Positions 49,943 to 63,317 of a stretch of 64,000 nt of DNA are shown here, in pieces. Made by a program: the position numbers and the translations under genes. The DNA comes from Octopus sinensis (taxonomy: Eukaryota), in assembly GCF_006345805.1 (NCBI RefSeq), contig NC_043010.1, positions 19,840,001 to 19,904,000 of the forward strand, read 5' to 3'. Within the stretch, counting starts at the first letter, position 1; the number at the start of each line of letters is the position of its first letter. The notes beneath the pieces were generated by a model, which saw nothing but the letters and a program-made list of their open reading frames with translations, had not been told where the DNA came from and ran no database searches.

Positions 49943-50809
49943 AGCATCCACTCACCATATGCCAGCCAAATTCCACCACAAATGATGTATAAAAAACATT
50001 GAAGTCACAATTAGCTGACAGGATCTTTAAAAAATAGATATTTGTGACAGAAGCAGTATTAATACCTAACAACAATGCACACACACACAAGGTGTATGTT
50101 GGTGAGTGTGTATGTATGAATGTACATATGTATGTACATACAAACATATCACAAACAAGAAGTCATTTGTCAAGTTCTTTATTTAGACACCAGTAAAAAA
50201 AAACATGTCAAAGCAAAAACATAAAAATAATACAAAATTTTAGGAGATATCAAAGATATGTGTAAGAATAAAAAAACATTTACCTGAAAACAGGTAAATG
50301 CAGTTGTTAACAGATATGAATAGTTATTCCAGAATATGTAGATATTTATTTTTAACATTGGTAAAAGTTCACATTTCGATGAGGAAAAGATAGTCAGTTA
50401 AATGAAACCTTGTAAATAAATGATTCTTTATTTTATGGACCCCAAAAGGATAAAAGAGAAAAGTGACTGAGCAGGATTTGAACTCAGATCTGTAACTAAA
50501 TATAGCAAAGAATTTTATCCAACGTTCTAATGATTCTGCTCATGTACCACCCTAAAATACAAACAAATATTCACATATTATTAACAGATATGAATAATTA
50601 TCTTTTCTCTTTAACTTGTTTCAGTTTTGGACTGTGGCCATGCTGGGGCACTGCCTTGAAGGGTTTAGTTAACTTAATTGACTCTACTACTTTAAGTCTC
50701 AAGCTCATTGTATTGGTCTCTTTTTGCTCAACTGCTAAGTTACAGGGTGCATAAACTAACAAACACCAGTTGTCAAGTGCTGGTGGAGAGGACAAACACA
50801 AACACACAC

Positions 50810-50853
<44 letters not shown>

Positions 50854-51365
50854 TGTACTACAGATGGATGAGGAGAGATGTGTGAAGAAGTATCACTCCC
50901 AAACAGTTGAAGGAATCCAGGAAGACATGGGATGAGGTGGTCAAGCATGACCTTTGAACGTTGGGCCTCACAGAGGCAATAACGAAAGATTGAAACCTCT
51001 GGAGATATGCTGTGACTGCAAAGACCCGACAAATAGCGTGAGTTCATGGCCTATTTCCTGCACCAGCTTCACATAGCAGCCCAAGCCCATCCAAAGTACC
51101 TTGGATCTCAGAACAGCCTGCTGTGCTTACCTTGGATCATAGGGCGACCTGCTGTGCTTGAGGTGACCTATTGAGTCGAGTACATAAACATCAAAATAAA
51201 AATCAAATGGAAATTGTAGTTGTGATACCTGTGCTGGTGGCACATAAAAAGCGCCTCCGAACATCGCTGATGCCAGCACCATCTTGACTGGCTTCCATGC
51301 TGGTGGCATGTAAAAAGCACCAACCGATCATGGCTGTTGCGACCCTCCCCTGGCCCCTCAAAGTA

Positions 51366-51921
51366 CGAGGGTAAATCAAAAAGTAATGCCATTTTGTTTA
51401 GGACAGGTATAATTACCAAAACAGGAATATGTATCATACATCAAAATGAAGCTGGTCTTCTGTGGATCACATCCCTACTTCTCAACATAGTCACCGTTTC
51501 TCTCAATAGCAATGTTCCACCTTCGAATGAGAGCATGTATCCCTGCCCTGTAAAATTCTGTTGACTGTTCTTTGAGCCACTTCTTCACTACCTCCACACT
51601 CACCAGATTTAGCGTCTTCAGACTATCATCTCTTCGGCGCCATGAAAGAGGGTTTGAGAGGCAAACGTTATTCCAGTGACAAGGAAGTGAAAACTGTAGT
51701 GAAGAAGTGGCTCAAAGAACAGTCAACAGAATTTTACGGGGCAGGGATACATGCTCTCATTCGAAGGTGGGACATTGCTATTGTGAGCAACAGTGACTAT
51801 GTTGAGAAGTAGGGATGTGATCCACAGAGGACCAGCTTCATTTTGATGTATGATACATATTCCTGTGTTGGTAATTATACCTGTCCTAATCAAAATGGCT
51901 TTACTTTTTGACACACCCTTG
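51366..51921. mobile_element. Mariner derivative built from two inverted copies of the 3' end
   Basis: Inverted arms of ~225 bp (51366-51591 and 51696-51921). The plus strand encodes PDLASSDYHLFGAMKEGLRGKRY...GIHALIRRWDIAI...DYVEK*. Confidence 0.88.
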
Positions 51922-52352
51922 TGGATGGAGCATGTGAAAGAGGGAGACCCTGGAAGAAAGACATGGGACAAAGTACTGAAGGACCACCTCAGGATACTGA
52001 ACCTTTCAGACAAGATGACAAAGGACCAAGATACCTGGCACCTTGCTGTACTCAAGCAGACCTGTACTCTACTGCAGAAGTGTTAAGGCCACTCCTCCTG
52101 GTGAAGAGAACTGGCCTGCAAGAGTCCTGCACTGGTGCCATGCAAAAAGCACTTGTGCCAGTGCCACATAAAAGCACTTGTGCAATGCCACGTAAAAGTA
52201 CCCAACACACTCTGTAAAGGGCATCCAGCTGTAGAAACCATGCCAAATTGGACTGGAGTCTGGTGCAGCTCTCCAGCTTGCAAGCTCTGGTCAAACTGTC
52301 AAACCCATACCAACATGGACGACAGACGTTAAATGACAATGATGATGATGAC

Positions 52353-52385
<33 letters not shown>

Positions 52386-53057
52386 TGTACACGATTGGAT
52401 TCTTTCAGTTTCCATCTACCAAATTCACTCACAAGGCTTTGGTCAGCCTGGCACTATTCTGGAAGGCACTTATCCAAAGTGCTTTGCAGTAGGAGTGAAT
52501 CCAAGACCACACGATTGAGAATCAAGCTTCATACCACACAGCCATGTATGTATCTAAAAATATTCAACTTATATGAACAAATATCAATGCTGCCTTCATC
52601 AGCCATCGACATCATCATATATTAATATATATTAACAGATGTAGAGATTAACATATAATAATAGATATAGAAAAACGAGGTCTGATCTGTATCAGTGCTG
52701 GTGTTATTTAAAGAAAGCTACAACACATATAACACACTCTGAACACTTTGCTTCTTCAAGCATGGACACATTAAATGTCTGACATCTTGCAAATGAATTG
52801 GTAGACACCTCCAAGATCATCCACCCTCTTTCCAACAACCTTTGGCACTTTTTTGAATTCCATATCTCCAACATTCATAGACATGCTTACAAAATAAAAA
52901 TTAAAAAAAAACAAACAATACAGCACCCATGACTTTCAGAAACATATTTTTTCTTTAATCAGAATTGGTGAAACATGAAATAAACTACTCACAGTTGTTA
53001 GCTGTCAGGACACTACATCCTTCAAAACTTTCATGCTTCCATCTTTCAACAGCACAC

Positions 53058-53282
53058 CTATTTCTTTACTACCCACAAGGGGCTAAAAACAAAACAAGGA
53101 CAGACAAATGGATTAAGTCAATTACATCGACCCTAGTGCATAACTGGTACTTATTTAATCGACCCCGAAAGGATGAAAGGCAAAGTCAACCTCGGCAGAA
53201 TTTGAACTTAGAACGTAGCGGCAGACGAAATACCACTAATTATTTTGCTTGGCGCGCTAACAATTCTGCCAGCTCATTGCCT
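53058..53282 (-). mobile_element. SINE family B copy, Tx1-tail variant
   Basis: Same core and tail as 5027-5251. Confidence 0.85.
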
Positions 53283-53389
53283 GTTCATATAAATAGCACA
53301 CCTGATACCCCCCACCCACTGATCCTCATTTTTTTCTTTTTTTTTTTAATGATTCATCCATTGTCCACTCCCTGTGCATATTCTTTGTG

Positions 53390-53770
53390 CTGTTTTTCTC
53401 CAGACTTGTAACACACCTGAGCACTGGATACAATAAGTTCATTGCAAAGAAATAGAGGCTTGCCCTGGAGAAACTCCCTGGTCTCCAAGCTAAGCACCCT
53501 GTCAAGTAATGTTACTCCCAACATCCTTTGGAGGAACCCCTTTTCTTGTCACTTGTACCTGTGATCTTCCTCTTTCAGTCATTACCCATAATTCATGACC
53601 ATAGGTGAGGATAGACTCACAAAAATGGAATTGAAGATAAGAATTAGGCTTTTTTTAACAACTTCTCCTTTTCTGGGGACTAAATGTTGAGCTGGTGCAT
53701 TACTCTGCCAGTAACTGCAATTCTAGCATCCAATTCCTCTACCACCTGTCTCCCATCACTCATGAATAAG
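53390..53770 (-). pseudogene. RTE (Rex3/Expander-like) ORF C-terminal remnant
   Basis: Minus strand reads ILTYGHELWVMTER, a motif characteristic of Rex3/Expander-type RTEs (recalled). Confidence 0.65.
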
Positions 53771-53933
53771 CACATCTGCTGGTACCATATAAACAGTACC
53801 CAGTCCACATTCTGTGAAGTTGGCATTAGGAAGGGCATCCAGCCATAGAAACCTTGCTAAAACCGATGCCTGGAACCTGGTTATCTGTCTCACTAGCCAG
53901 TTCATCTGTCATCTGGCAGCTCTCTCACTAGCC

Positions 53934-54280
53934 CAGTGGTTCTCAACTGTGGACCATATGGTGTCTGAGGGTCCATATAAGATTTTGCAGGGTCCACATA
54001 ACAAAATAGTAAATTTCAGATCCACAATATTATTTTAAGGGCCCCTGAAAATGTTCTGCTTTAGTTGTATGTAATATTATGCATGGCAAGAAACAGCTGG
54101 GTTTCTTTCTCTAATATTTTACATAATTCAACCTACACAAGTTAATGTGTGATGAACAAAATAGGAATTTTGGAACAAGTTTCTATAAAACTAGTTTTTA
54201 AACATCAAATTGCTATGGGGGTCCACCAGAAAAAAATAGTAATCAAAGGGGTCTATAGGAGAAAATAGTTGAGAACCCTG
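53934..54280. mobile_element. hAT/Charlie-type MITE inserted into an RTE 3' UTR
   Basis: Termini CAGTGGTTCTCAAC...GTTGAGAACCCTG; TSD CACTAGCC/TACTAGCC. Confidence 0.85.
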
Positions 54281-54416
54281 TACTAGCCAGTTTTTGTCAA
54301 ACCATCCAAGCATGGGAAATGGATGATGGATGGAGGGATGGAAGGATGGATGGAGGGATAGATGGATGAGTGGATGGATAGATGTATTGACAGACAGATA
54401 TACATATCTGCAAATG

Positions 54417-54464
<48 letters not shown>

Positions 54465-55409
54465 AATGTGTATTCTTTCTCACCTGGATATGTGTGCAGT
54501 GATTGTAAACAAAAGCTTCAGAGTTCATATAAACAGTGTCATTTGCACTCCTCTGCACGTACATATCCAGGTTATTTTGTTGCCTGATAGGAATTATTAC
54601 ATTGCCTGGAATCAAGTGGTGGGGACTGACATCAAGAAGGGCATCTGGCCATAAAAAGTTTTTCCGCAATGCAGTTTGGTCTGACACAAGCAAGCATGGA
54701 AGAATAGACATTAAAATCATTAAAGTAGCGGCAGCGGCGGTGGTGGTGGTAGTTGAAGGAGTAATGATGATGATGATAGTGTTGATAATGATGGTGATAA
54801 TGATGAACATATCATAACAGATATAATTAAATATCATCATTGTCATTATGCTGTTAGACATTGAAGGATATGAATAATATATATGAACATATATTAACAT
54901 ATATCTGCATAAATAAATAAATATTAATAGATAGAGACTATTTTACCAAATGTGTGCATATAAGAAGCTATTAACATATATTAATAGTTATTGCCATCAT
55001 GTGATATGAACCTATTCTAACATATTTTTGTCGGAAAGTTGTGAGGGTAAACATTCAGCACCTTGGCTCTCTTTTTAAGGGCCTCCAAACTGACGTGAAG
55101 AGGGAAGTTATTGAAACAGGTATGAAGAGAATCTGACACTCACAAATCTATTGTAATCTTCAAAATGAAACGAAAAAGAAAACATCAAGAAATTTGAAGC
55201 CTTTAATATTTAAGAAAGATGTAAAACATAGGGATACTGTATTTTCTTGTAAATAAGTCAAATTTCTTAGAGCAAAACTTACAGCCAAACAAAGGTCAAC
55301 TGGTATAGCAAGATGACTTTTGAAATCCAAAAATTTCATGTGAAATGCAGAAGAATATGAAAAGATGGTGATGATGTTTGACTGTTTTCACATGTTTATA
55401 TATAATATA

Positions 55410-55820
55410 ATGAAATTATTGTATACAGTGCTCAGGTGCACCACAACTTGTCAAAAGTGCATATAAAGCATATGCAGTAATGTACAAATGTCTGGAAAAT
55501 GAACAGTGTATGAGTCAGATACATGCTTGCATGTGTATGGAGGGGAGAAAATCAGGTGTAGTGTTGGCGAATCTCAGGAAGCATGGAAGTTTTGAAGGAT
55601 GCAGTGCTCCGACAATTAACAACTGATGCTGGTAGTTTGTTCTATGCTTCAGCAACTCTTAGCGTGAAAAAATGTTTCCGAAAGTCATGGGAGCTGTGCT
55701 GTTTTCTGACTTTGTAAACATGTCCACGGGTGTTAGATGGGTGGAATTTGAAAAGGTGCTCAGAGTTATTGTTTGTAAGATGGTTAATAATTTTATGGGT
55801 GTCTGCAACAACAGCAACTT
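55410..55820 (-). mobile_element. CR1-like LINE 3' end
   Basis: TRGHVYKVRKQHSSHDFRKHFFTLRVAEA*NKLP matches the CR1 TRGH...FF..RV...WN.LP terminus. Confidence 0.85.
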
Positions 55821-55910
55821 GTATGCCACAACATATAAGAAGCCTGCCTACAAAATTACTCTGTGAAGAAGTAGATTGTGAAATATATCTGTAGGTGGTG
55901 CAATAGCCTT

Positions 55911-56376
55911 TTAACCCTTTTCTTACCACATTTCTGTTGAGATGCTTTGTGCTTCTTTCAATTAATTTTAAATATAACAAAGAATTTAGTAAAATAACTT
56001 AGTTATCATTCAGCTAGTGACTAAGGTTTGGTGAAAGATTTTAATTCAGAACTTATGAAAACAAGACATTTGTACTATAGAGCTAGAGGTGGTTTCAACT
56101 GGGCTGGTATCAAAAGGGTTAAGAATTGTTTCTCCATTACATAGTTTAACCCATTTTGTTACCATATTTCTGTTGAGATGCTCTGTGATTCTTTCAATTA
56201 ATTTTAAATATAACAAAGAATTTAGTAAAATAACTTAGTTATCATTCAACTAGTGTTAGGAACATGAATTGTGACTAAAGTTTGGTGGAAGATTTTAATT
56301 CAGAACTTTTGAAAACAAGACATTTGTATTACAGGGCCAGAGGCAGTTTCAGCTGGGTTGATATCAAAAGGGTTAA
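55911..56376. mobile_element. Two adjacent copies of TTAA-MITE family 2
   Basis: TTAACCCTTT...AAAGGGTTAA at 55911-56122 and TTAACCCATT...AAAGGGTTAA at ~56146-56376. Confidence 0.85.
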
Positions 56377-56595
56377 CACACTTTAGAACATTTATTTAAT
56401 ATCAATTTGTAATTGTGAACTCAGTGCCATAAATATATATTGGTTAATGGTATGGTAGGATTGATTATGTTAATGCTGGTACTTGGCTGGTACTTTAATT
56501 TGTTAACTCTAGAAGGAGGAAAGGTAACATAGGTGTTGATAGTATTTGAACTCAAAACATAAAGGGAATTTGATTTTTAATATTGAATATGAATT

Positions 56596-56810
56596 GGCAG
56601 TAAGCTGGCAGAACCATTAGCTTGCCGAACAAAATGCTGTGAAGCATTTTGTCCATCTTAATGTTCTGAGTTCAAATTATGCCAAGGGCAGCTTTGTCTT
56701 TCGTCCTTTCAGCATCAATAAAATAAGTACCAGCTGCATACTGGGGTTGATGTCATTGACTTATCCCCTCCCCCAACATTGCTGGCCTTGTGCAAAAACT
56801 TGAAACCAAT
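56596..56810 (+). mobile_element. SINE family B copy
   Basis: GGCAGTAAGCTGGCAGAA head, GAGTTCAAAT B-box-like motif, family core. Confidence 0.8.
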
Positions 56811-57269
56811 GCTGAAAATGAACTGTCTGTATCTCAAGAAAAAAAAGAAAAAGAAGTCTCCAGAATCTGTGACCCTGTGTTACCATGGAGAAATGGAAAG
56901 AAACACGATGTTCTGATAGTGATGTTATTTTCTGTTCTTCTGAAATACATAGACTTCATTAAACAATTATTCAATTATCTATTCCGATGTGCAAAATAGA
57001 TTACATTCTTCTACATTGAGCCACCAAATTACACAGCTAATTAATTACATAATTAATTTTCAATTAATTTTGATAGTTCTGCTGTTGCTGGAGGGACAAC
57101 GGCTGGAATCAATTGAGTTTCTCGATCAACATCTTACACAGTGACTGCTACTACAGCATTGAAATCACAACCACAATGATACAGACACAACTACAGGGTT
57201 ACAGACACCACTGCAGCACTATAGACACCCCTACATCAATACAGATACTCCTTTTTGACATATTGAGCC

Positions 57270-57880
57270 AGGCATTTCCTTAATGGAAGTAGAGATGTGT
57301 CTATTTTCCAATGTACAACTTTGGTCTTTGCTAAGTTGACTTTGAGCCCTTTTCATTTCAGGATTTACTTCCACATTTGGAATTAGTTTTCTAAGTCTAC
57401 TACAAATTCAGCCATAACAACATCGTCATCAGTGAAGAGTTCCCATGGTCTTAAACTTCACTGTAATGGTCTGGAGGACTATGATGAATAGGAGGGGATG
57501 GAGGACTGAGCCTTGATGGACTCCTACTTGTACTCTAAATTCATGATTGTACTCGTTAACTCAAATTTTGCTAACAGTATCTCTGAACATGACTTTTATC
57601 ACTTTCATAAGTCAATTAACTGTCTACCCCTAGCTTCCTCAGCTACCACCAGATTACAGAGCAAGGGGCTCTGTTGAAAGCTTTCCTCAGACTGACCAAT
57701 GCTAAAAATGGAACCTTACTTCTATCTATAGTTGTTTCACTAAGAAGAGAGCATTTGTAGTACTTTTCCTTGACAAAAAAGCCATATTGATTCATAAGAT
57801 CAATATGGTCTTATTTTTCAATGTTCTGATTGATCTCAGAATCCAACGAGCCAGTTGCCTGTACATTGTCACTGTCTTAG
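57270..57880 (-). pseudogene. Degraded RTE reverse transcriptase fragment
   Basis: Minus strand reads EFRVQVGVHQGSVLHPLLFIIVLQTIT. Confidence 0.8.
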
Positions 57881-57889
57881 AAATATACA

Positions 57890-57924
57890 CATTATTATTA
57901 TTATTAATATTATTATTATTATTA

Positions 57925-57966
<42 letters not shown>
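57890..57966. repeat. (ATT)n microsatellite
   Basis: Directly visible. Confidence 0.95.
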
Positions 57967-57967
<1 letters not shown>

Positions 57968-58589
57968 TCATGTGGATTCCCATCATGCCTTGATTGTGAC
58001 TCCAAGATTACAACATGGTCATTCCGGTGTATTCTGATTACAAGCTGTTTGTGGGCTGACAACAAAGCATCCAAAATTTTTCAGAATTCCACTGCATGTT
58101 GTTTTTCTTCAGCTCATTTACATGTTGTGTTCAAATGTTGCTCATCATGGATTTTGACAGCTTGTAATACATTTGTATTGTCAGCGTGGCTGATTGTATG
58201 ACTGAGAACATGTCAGAGAAAGCTACAACAAACAGTCCCAGTACAGTTCCTTGAAGGACTCTGCCAAAAACTAATGTTTCCCTGGAGAGAGAGAGAGAGC
58301 GAGAGAGAGAGAGAGCATGTTGGCTGTGACTGCTTGACTCCTTTCTTTTGAAGAGTCACGGAGCTTCTCCACTAGTTTTCCAACTATGCCAAGATCAAGC
58401 AGATTGACGCATATTGCGCGAGCAACTTTATCAGAAGCCTTTACAAGATTGACATATAACACACTCATACTTAGATAATTTGACTGTGGTGTCTGTATCC
58501 AGTTGTAATGCAGTAATAACAGTGTGTGAGTATGTGTGTGTGTGTAATAAATATATATATATACGTGTGTATGTATCTGAGTGTGTGTA

Positions 58590-58629
<40 letters not shown>

Positions 58630-59700
58630 CATATACAGATAAATATATCAAAACATGCACCTATGTGTGTATGTGAATGTATATATAAAAATATGTGTGT
58701 GTGTATATATACATATATATATATGTAGTTTGCATGAAACTATATATGTACATGTAGATAAACATTATTAATTTTGTTTTTAATTTCTTATAAATTGCAT
58801 TGATTTGGCTTTATAAAAAAATTAAAAGCATTTATATATAATATGCATGGATCTAAGTGTAGGAACTTTGTACGCTTTGAGCAATCCATTGTAGGTATGA
58901 AAAAAAAACAACATTCAGGAACAATAATAATTTATTAGCGTTGAAGGTTGGAGGCTTTTCCCATGAATAAACTGAAAAAATTTGAGTTGCAAAGAATGCA
59001 AATAAAAATCCAAATTGTGGGAATGGAGCAGGTAAAATTCCAGGTGACATATGCTTCCTAGCTAGCAGATCCTCTGATGTAATAATTACTCAATGAGAGG
59101 TAATCAGTTAGCTTCTCATTAGGCAGGAAGAGACCTTAATTTTAGCCTAAAATGTAGCCTGAATTTTACCTGCATTTTATATGAATTTTACCCCACCCCA
59201 TACATATATATCATCATCACCATCATTTAACGTCCGTTTTCCATGCTGGCATGGGTTGGACGGTCCGACTGGGGTCTGGAAAGCCAGGAGACTGCACCAG
59301 GCACCAGTCTGATCTGGCAATGTTTCTATAGCTGGATGCCCTTCCTAACGCCAACCACTCTGAAAGTGTAGTGGGTGCTTTTAGCATTCAACCAGTACAG
59401 GAGCCAGTCAGGGCGAGGGGGTTGGCATTGACCACATTTCGATGGTGCTTTCTATGTGCCACCAGCACAGGGACCACAACTACAATTTCCATTTGATTGT
59501 GATTTGGTTTGATTTGATTTTGATGTACTTGACTCAATAAGTCTCCTTAAGCACGGCATGTTACCCTACGATCCAAGGGTACTTATTGAATTGGTTGGTT
59601 ATGTAACACTGGTGTAGGTTACAGCTGTGACCTCGCTTTATTTGCCGAGTCTTCTCAGTCACAGCATATCTCCAGAGGTCTCTGTCTTTCATCATTTCCC

Positions 59701-59753
<53 letters not shown>

Positions 59754-59783
59754 TATATGTATATATATGTATATATATATATG

Positions 59784-59838
<55 letters not shown>

Positions 59839-60602
59839 GGGTATGTATGGGTATGTATATATCATAACAAAAGGCTGCACTAGTTTTTCTCACTACATTA
59901 AATTGTATAGAATAATGTGAACACAACAAAACATCAGCACACACCCATACACACAAAACTACAGATTGGTTATGATTATGCAGTAATAATAATATAGCTG
60001 ACTTAACACTAGCACACGACCTGTACTGGCACACCAACACACCCTCATCAGACCAGCTCCTCCACCACCACCACCACCACCACCACTACTGCTGCTACTG
60101 CTGACAATGAGAAGTATGACAGCAACTTTGATAAAATAATAATAAAGATATTTGATTAAACCGATGCAGACATGGCTGTGTGCTTAAGAGCTTTACTTCT
60201 CAATCACCTGGCTCTGAGTTCAGGCCCACTGTGTTGCACCGTGAGCTTGTGTTGTCTTCTGTAACTTTAAGGCAACCAATACCCTGCTAGACAGAGACTG
60301 TGCAAAAACCCATCATACACACGCACACATACAGAATTTGAACTCAGAATATAAAGACAAGTGTTTTGCCCAGCATGCTGAGTACCGCCTGACTGGACCT
60401 CGTGCTGGTGGCACGTAAAAGCACTCACTACACTCTCGAAGTGGTTGGCATTAGGAAGGGCATCCAGCTGTAGAAACTCTGCAAGATCAGATTGGAGCCT
60501 GGTGCAGCCATCTGGCTCGCCAGTCCTCAGTCAAATAGTTCAACCCATACCAGCATGGTAAATGGACGTTAAATGATGATGATGATATATTTATATATAT
60601 AT

Positions 60603-60663
<61 letters not shown>

Positions 60664-60669
<6 letters not shown>

Positions 60670-60936
60670 ATTAATTAGAGACAAAACCACTATTTTGCAA
60701 ATCAAACAAGGAAAGACTTAATCAATACATAAAAAAATTTTAATATAAAGTAAATAAATCGCCACTACAATTGTTTCCTGTCTTCAAATGACATTCACCT
60801 GATGAATGTCATTTGAAGACAGGGAACAATTGTAGTGGCGATTTATTTACTTTATATTAAAATTGTTTTATGTATTGATTAAGTCTTTCCTTGTTTGATT
60901 TGCAAAATAGTGGTTTTGTCTCTAATTAATATTATA
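60664..60936. repeat. Near-perfect palindrome (~134-bp arms, 5-nt loop) centred on a hammerhead CUGAUGA box
   Basis: ...GTCTTCAAATGACATTCA-cctga-TGAATGTCATTTGAAGAC..., flanked by (TA)n. Confidence 0.93.
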
Positions 60937-62404
60937 TAATATTTTACTATAAAATTGGATTCAATCCTAAATCTGATTTTTCCCTGTAAATTTGGATTTA
61001 TTCCCTAATATTTATTATATATATATATATATATATACATATAAGGATAAGCATATTAAAAGGGGTCTATAAGAAAACTCATTTAAATAAAAGGGGTCCT
61101 TGGTAGCGAAAAGGTTTAGAACCACTATATTAGGCCATTGAAATTAGCAATTAAAAAATTATGAGAAACACATATATTTTTTTTGCTTTCTGTAATAGGC
61201 ACAAAAGGCCTGAAATTTGGTGGTGGAGATGGGGATAAGTCAATTACATCAACCCCAGTACTCAACTGGTACTTATTTTATCAACCCTGAAAGAATGAAA
61301 AGCCAAGTCGACTTCGGCAGAATTTGAACTCAGAATGTAAAGACAGGCCTTTGCCCAGCATGCTAATCCTTTTGCCTGACATGTTTATGAATATCATTTT
61401 TTTTTATTGTCATTATTATTACTTTATAAGTTATTTTATTTCATAAAGTAATTTTTTTTTGCAATTGCTCTTTTGGTGTCTTTCCATCCATTTTTTTCCT
61501 GCTCTAAGAGAGTCAGTCTTCTTGATTGTCGTCATATGAGAGAATGTTCAAAGACAGAATATTTCCATTAGTCATCTTCCTATGAGACATCTGATCATGT
61601 GATCCTAACAGTCCCGAATTCAGGAATGCTGAATTAGAAATATCCTGCTTTCAAATACATTCCGCTTTTTTATTTTCTGTTGTTTTCTGGGTTTCTTTTT
61701 TTTTTCTTTTTGCTCTTGTATAATGGTTGACATTGTTTTTGCATCCATTCTTTTGCTGCAATTAACTCTTTCAACACTATTCCAATTACTATTACCATCA
61801 TCATCATCATCCCCACCAGCAACAACTTCATCATTGCCGCTGCCTTCACCTTCACCACCATCATCCTCCCCTTGAAATATTATCCAGCATCATCTTCATC
61901 ATCATTTAAGATCCTTTTCCCCTGCTGGCATGGGTTGGGTAGTTTGACAGGATCTGATGAGTCAGAGCACTGTATTATGTTCTGCTGCCTGTCCTGGGAT
62001 GCATTCTGCAGCCAGATGCCCTTCCTAATGCCAGCCACTTTACAGACTGCACCAAGTGCTCTTTATGTGGCACCAGCACTTCTGAGCTCACCAAGGAACT
62101 TGCAATGACACACACCCCTCAATTGAGAGGGAGAGTAGCACCGAGGGAGGTGGGTGTATGCCAGGTGTTGAGAACTGAAATTATGATAGAACGACAGGTA
62201 CAAATGCCTTGCCGTATGAGAAATACATGATTACCCCAGCTGGAAAGGGAGAAAGGATTGTGATGATGAGGTATCGGGGTGGAACCTCAAATGAACAGGG
62301 AGTGAAGAGAGAACACAGATAGAGGATTGGAAAGAGTGGGTAGAGAGGTAGGTAATGAAATACAAATGCCCATATATATATAAATATATATATATACACA
62401 CATA

Positions 62405-63255
62405 CAGGGTGCAATGGGTAAATTGTTGCCAATTTATATTTTTAATTTCATGCATGCGCATTGTTTGTTTTTTATTTTGACAGCTACACAGTATAGTAAG
62501 GTCAGTTGGGCACCATCTGTGAGGAAAACAGCACCATGACACAATTCACTCGGACACAAATTTGGAAATGACATGCTGTACTGCTTGGAATTTATGTCGG
62601 GAGCTCCAATATTAACATTTCATAGTGTTTGGGTGGCAATCTGAGGACAATGCATGTACCAAGAGTGATAAAAATCAAATATCCAGTCATGGTGTTTGGA
62701 GTGATCACTAGTGACAGTGACGTTATGCCTCCATTCATCTTCTCACACAGCCTCACGCTCAACATGGAGGCTTACATTAAGTGCCTGGAGGAAATAGTGC
62801 TACCCTGGGTGAAGAAGATGGCTGCTGGAAGACCCTATGTCTGCCACACAAGCAGGAGAACCCAGTCATAGCTGTCAGATATTTTCTGTGACCACACCAC
62901 TGCTAATATCTGACCACCTAACTCCCCAGACTGCAATCCCGTGATTATTATGAGTAGGGTACAGTTGAGTGAGAGACCAACAAAACTCCTTGTAACACCA
63001 AAGACAAACTGAAGGCAAGGATTATGGCAACATTCACCAACTTAAACAAGGTGACCATCCAGAAGAGTTGCAGGAGATTCCAAAGTTGTCTGGATGCTGT
63101 GGGTTGAAGTAATTGGCGATTTTATTGGATAGATTTACTCTTTAGTATTTCAAGATATCTTTATGTAATTTTGGTAAATATATCTGTTAAGATGAGATGT
63201 CAATGTTATTTTCCTTTTTGCTTAATTTAGACGTCAGTATATTCACTGCACCATG
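62405..63255 (+). mobile_element. Internally deleted maT-like (DD37D-type) Tc1/mariner element
   Basis: TA-flanked imperfect TIRs CAGGGTGCAATGGGTAAATTG / CAGTATATTCACTGCACCATG. Encodes VMVFGVITSD.DVMPPFIF...YIKCLEE.VLPW and PPNSPDCNP. The subclass is inferred from motif style. Confidence 0.8.
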
Positions 63256-63264
63256 TATATATAT

Positions 63265-63316
<52 letters not shown>

Positions 63317-63317
<1 letters not shown>

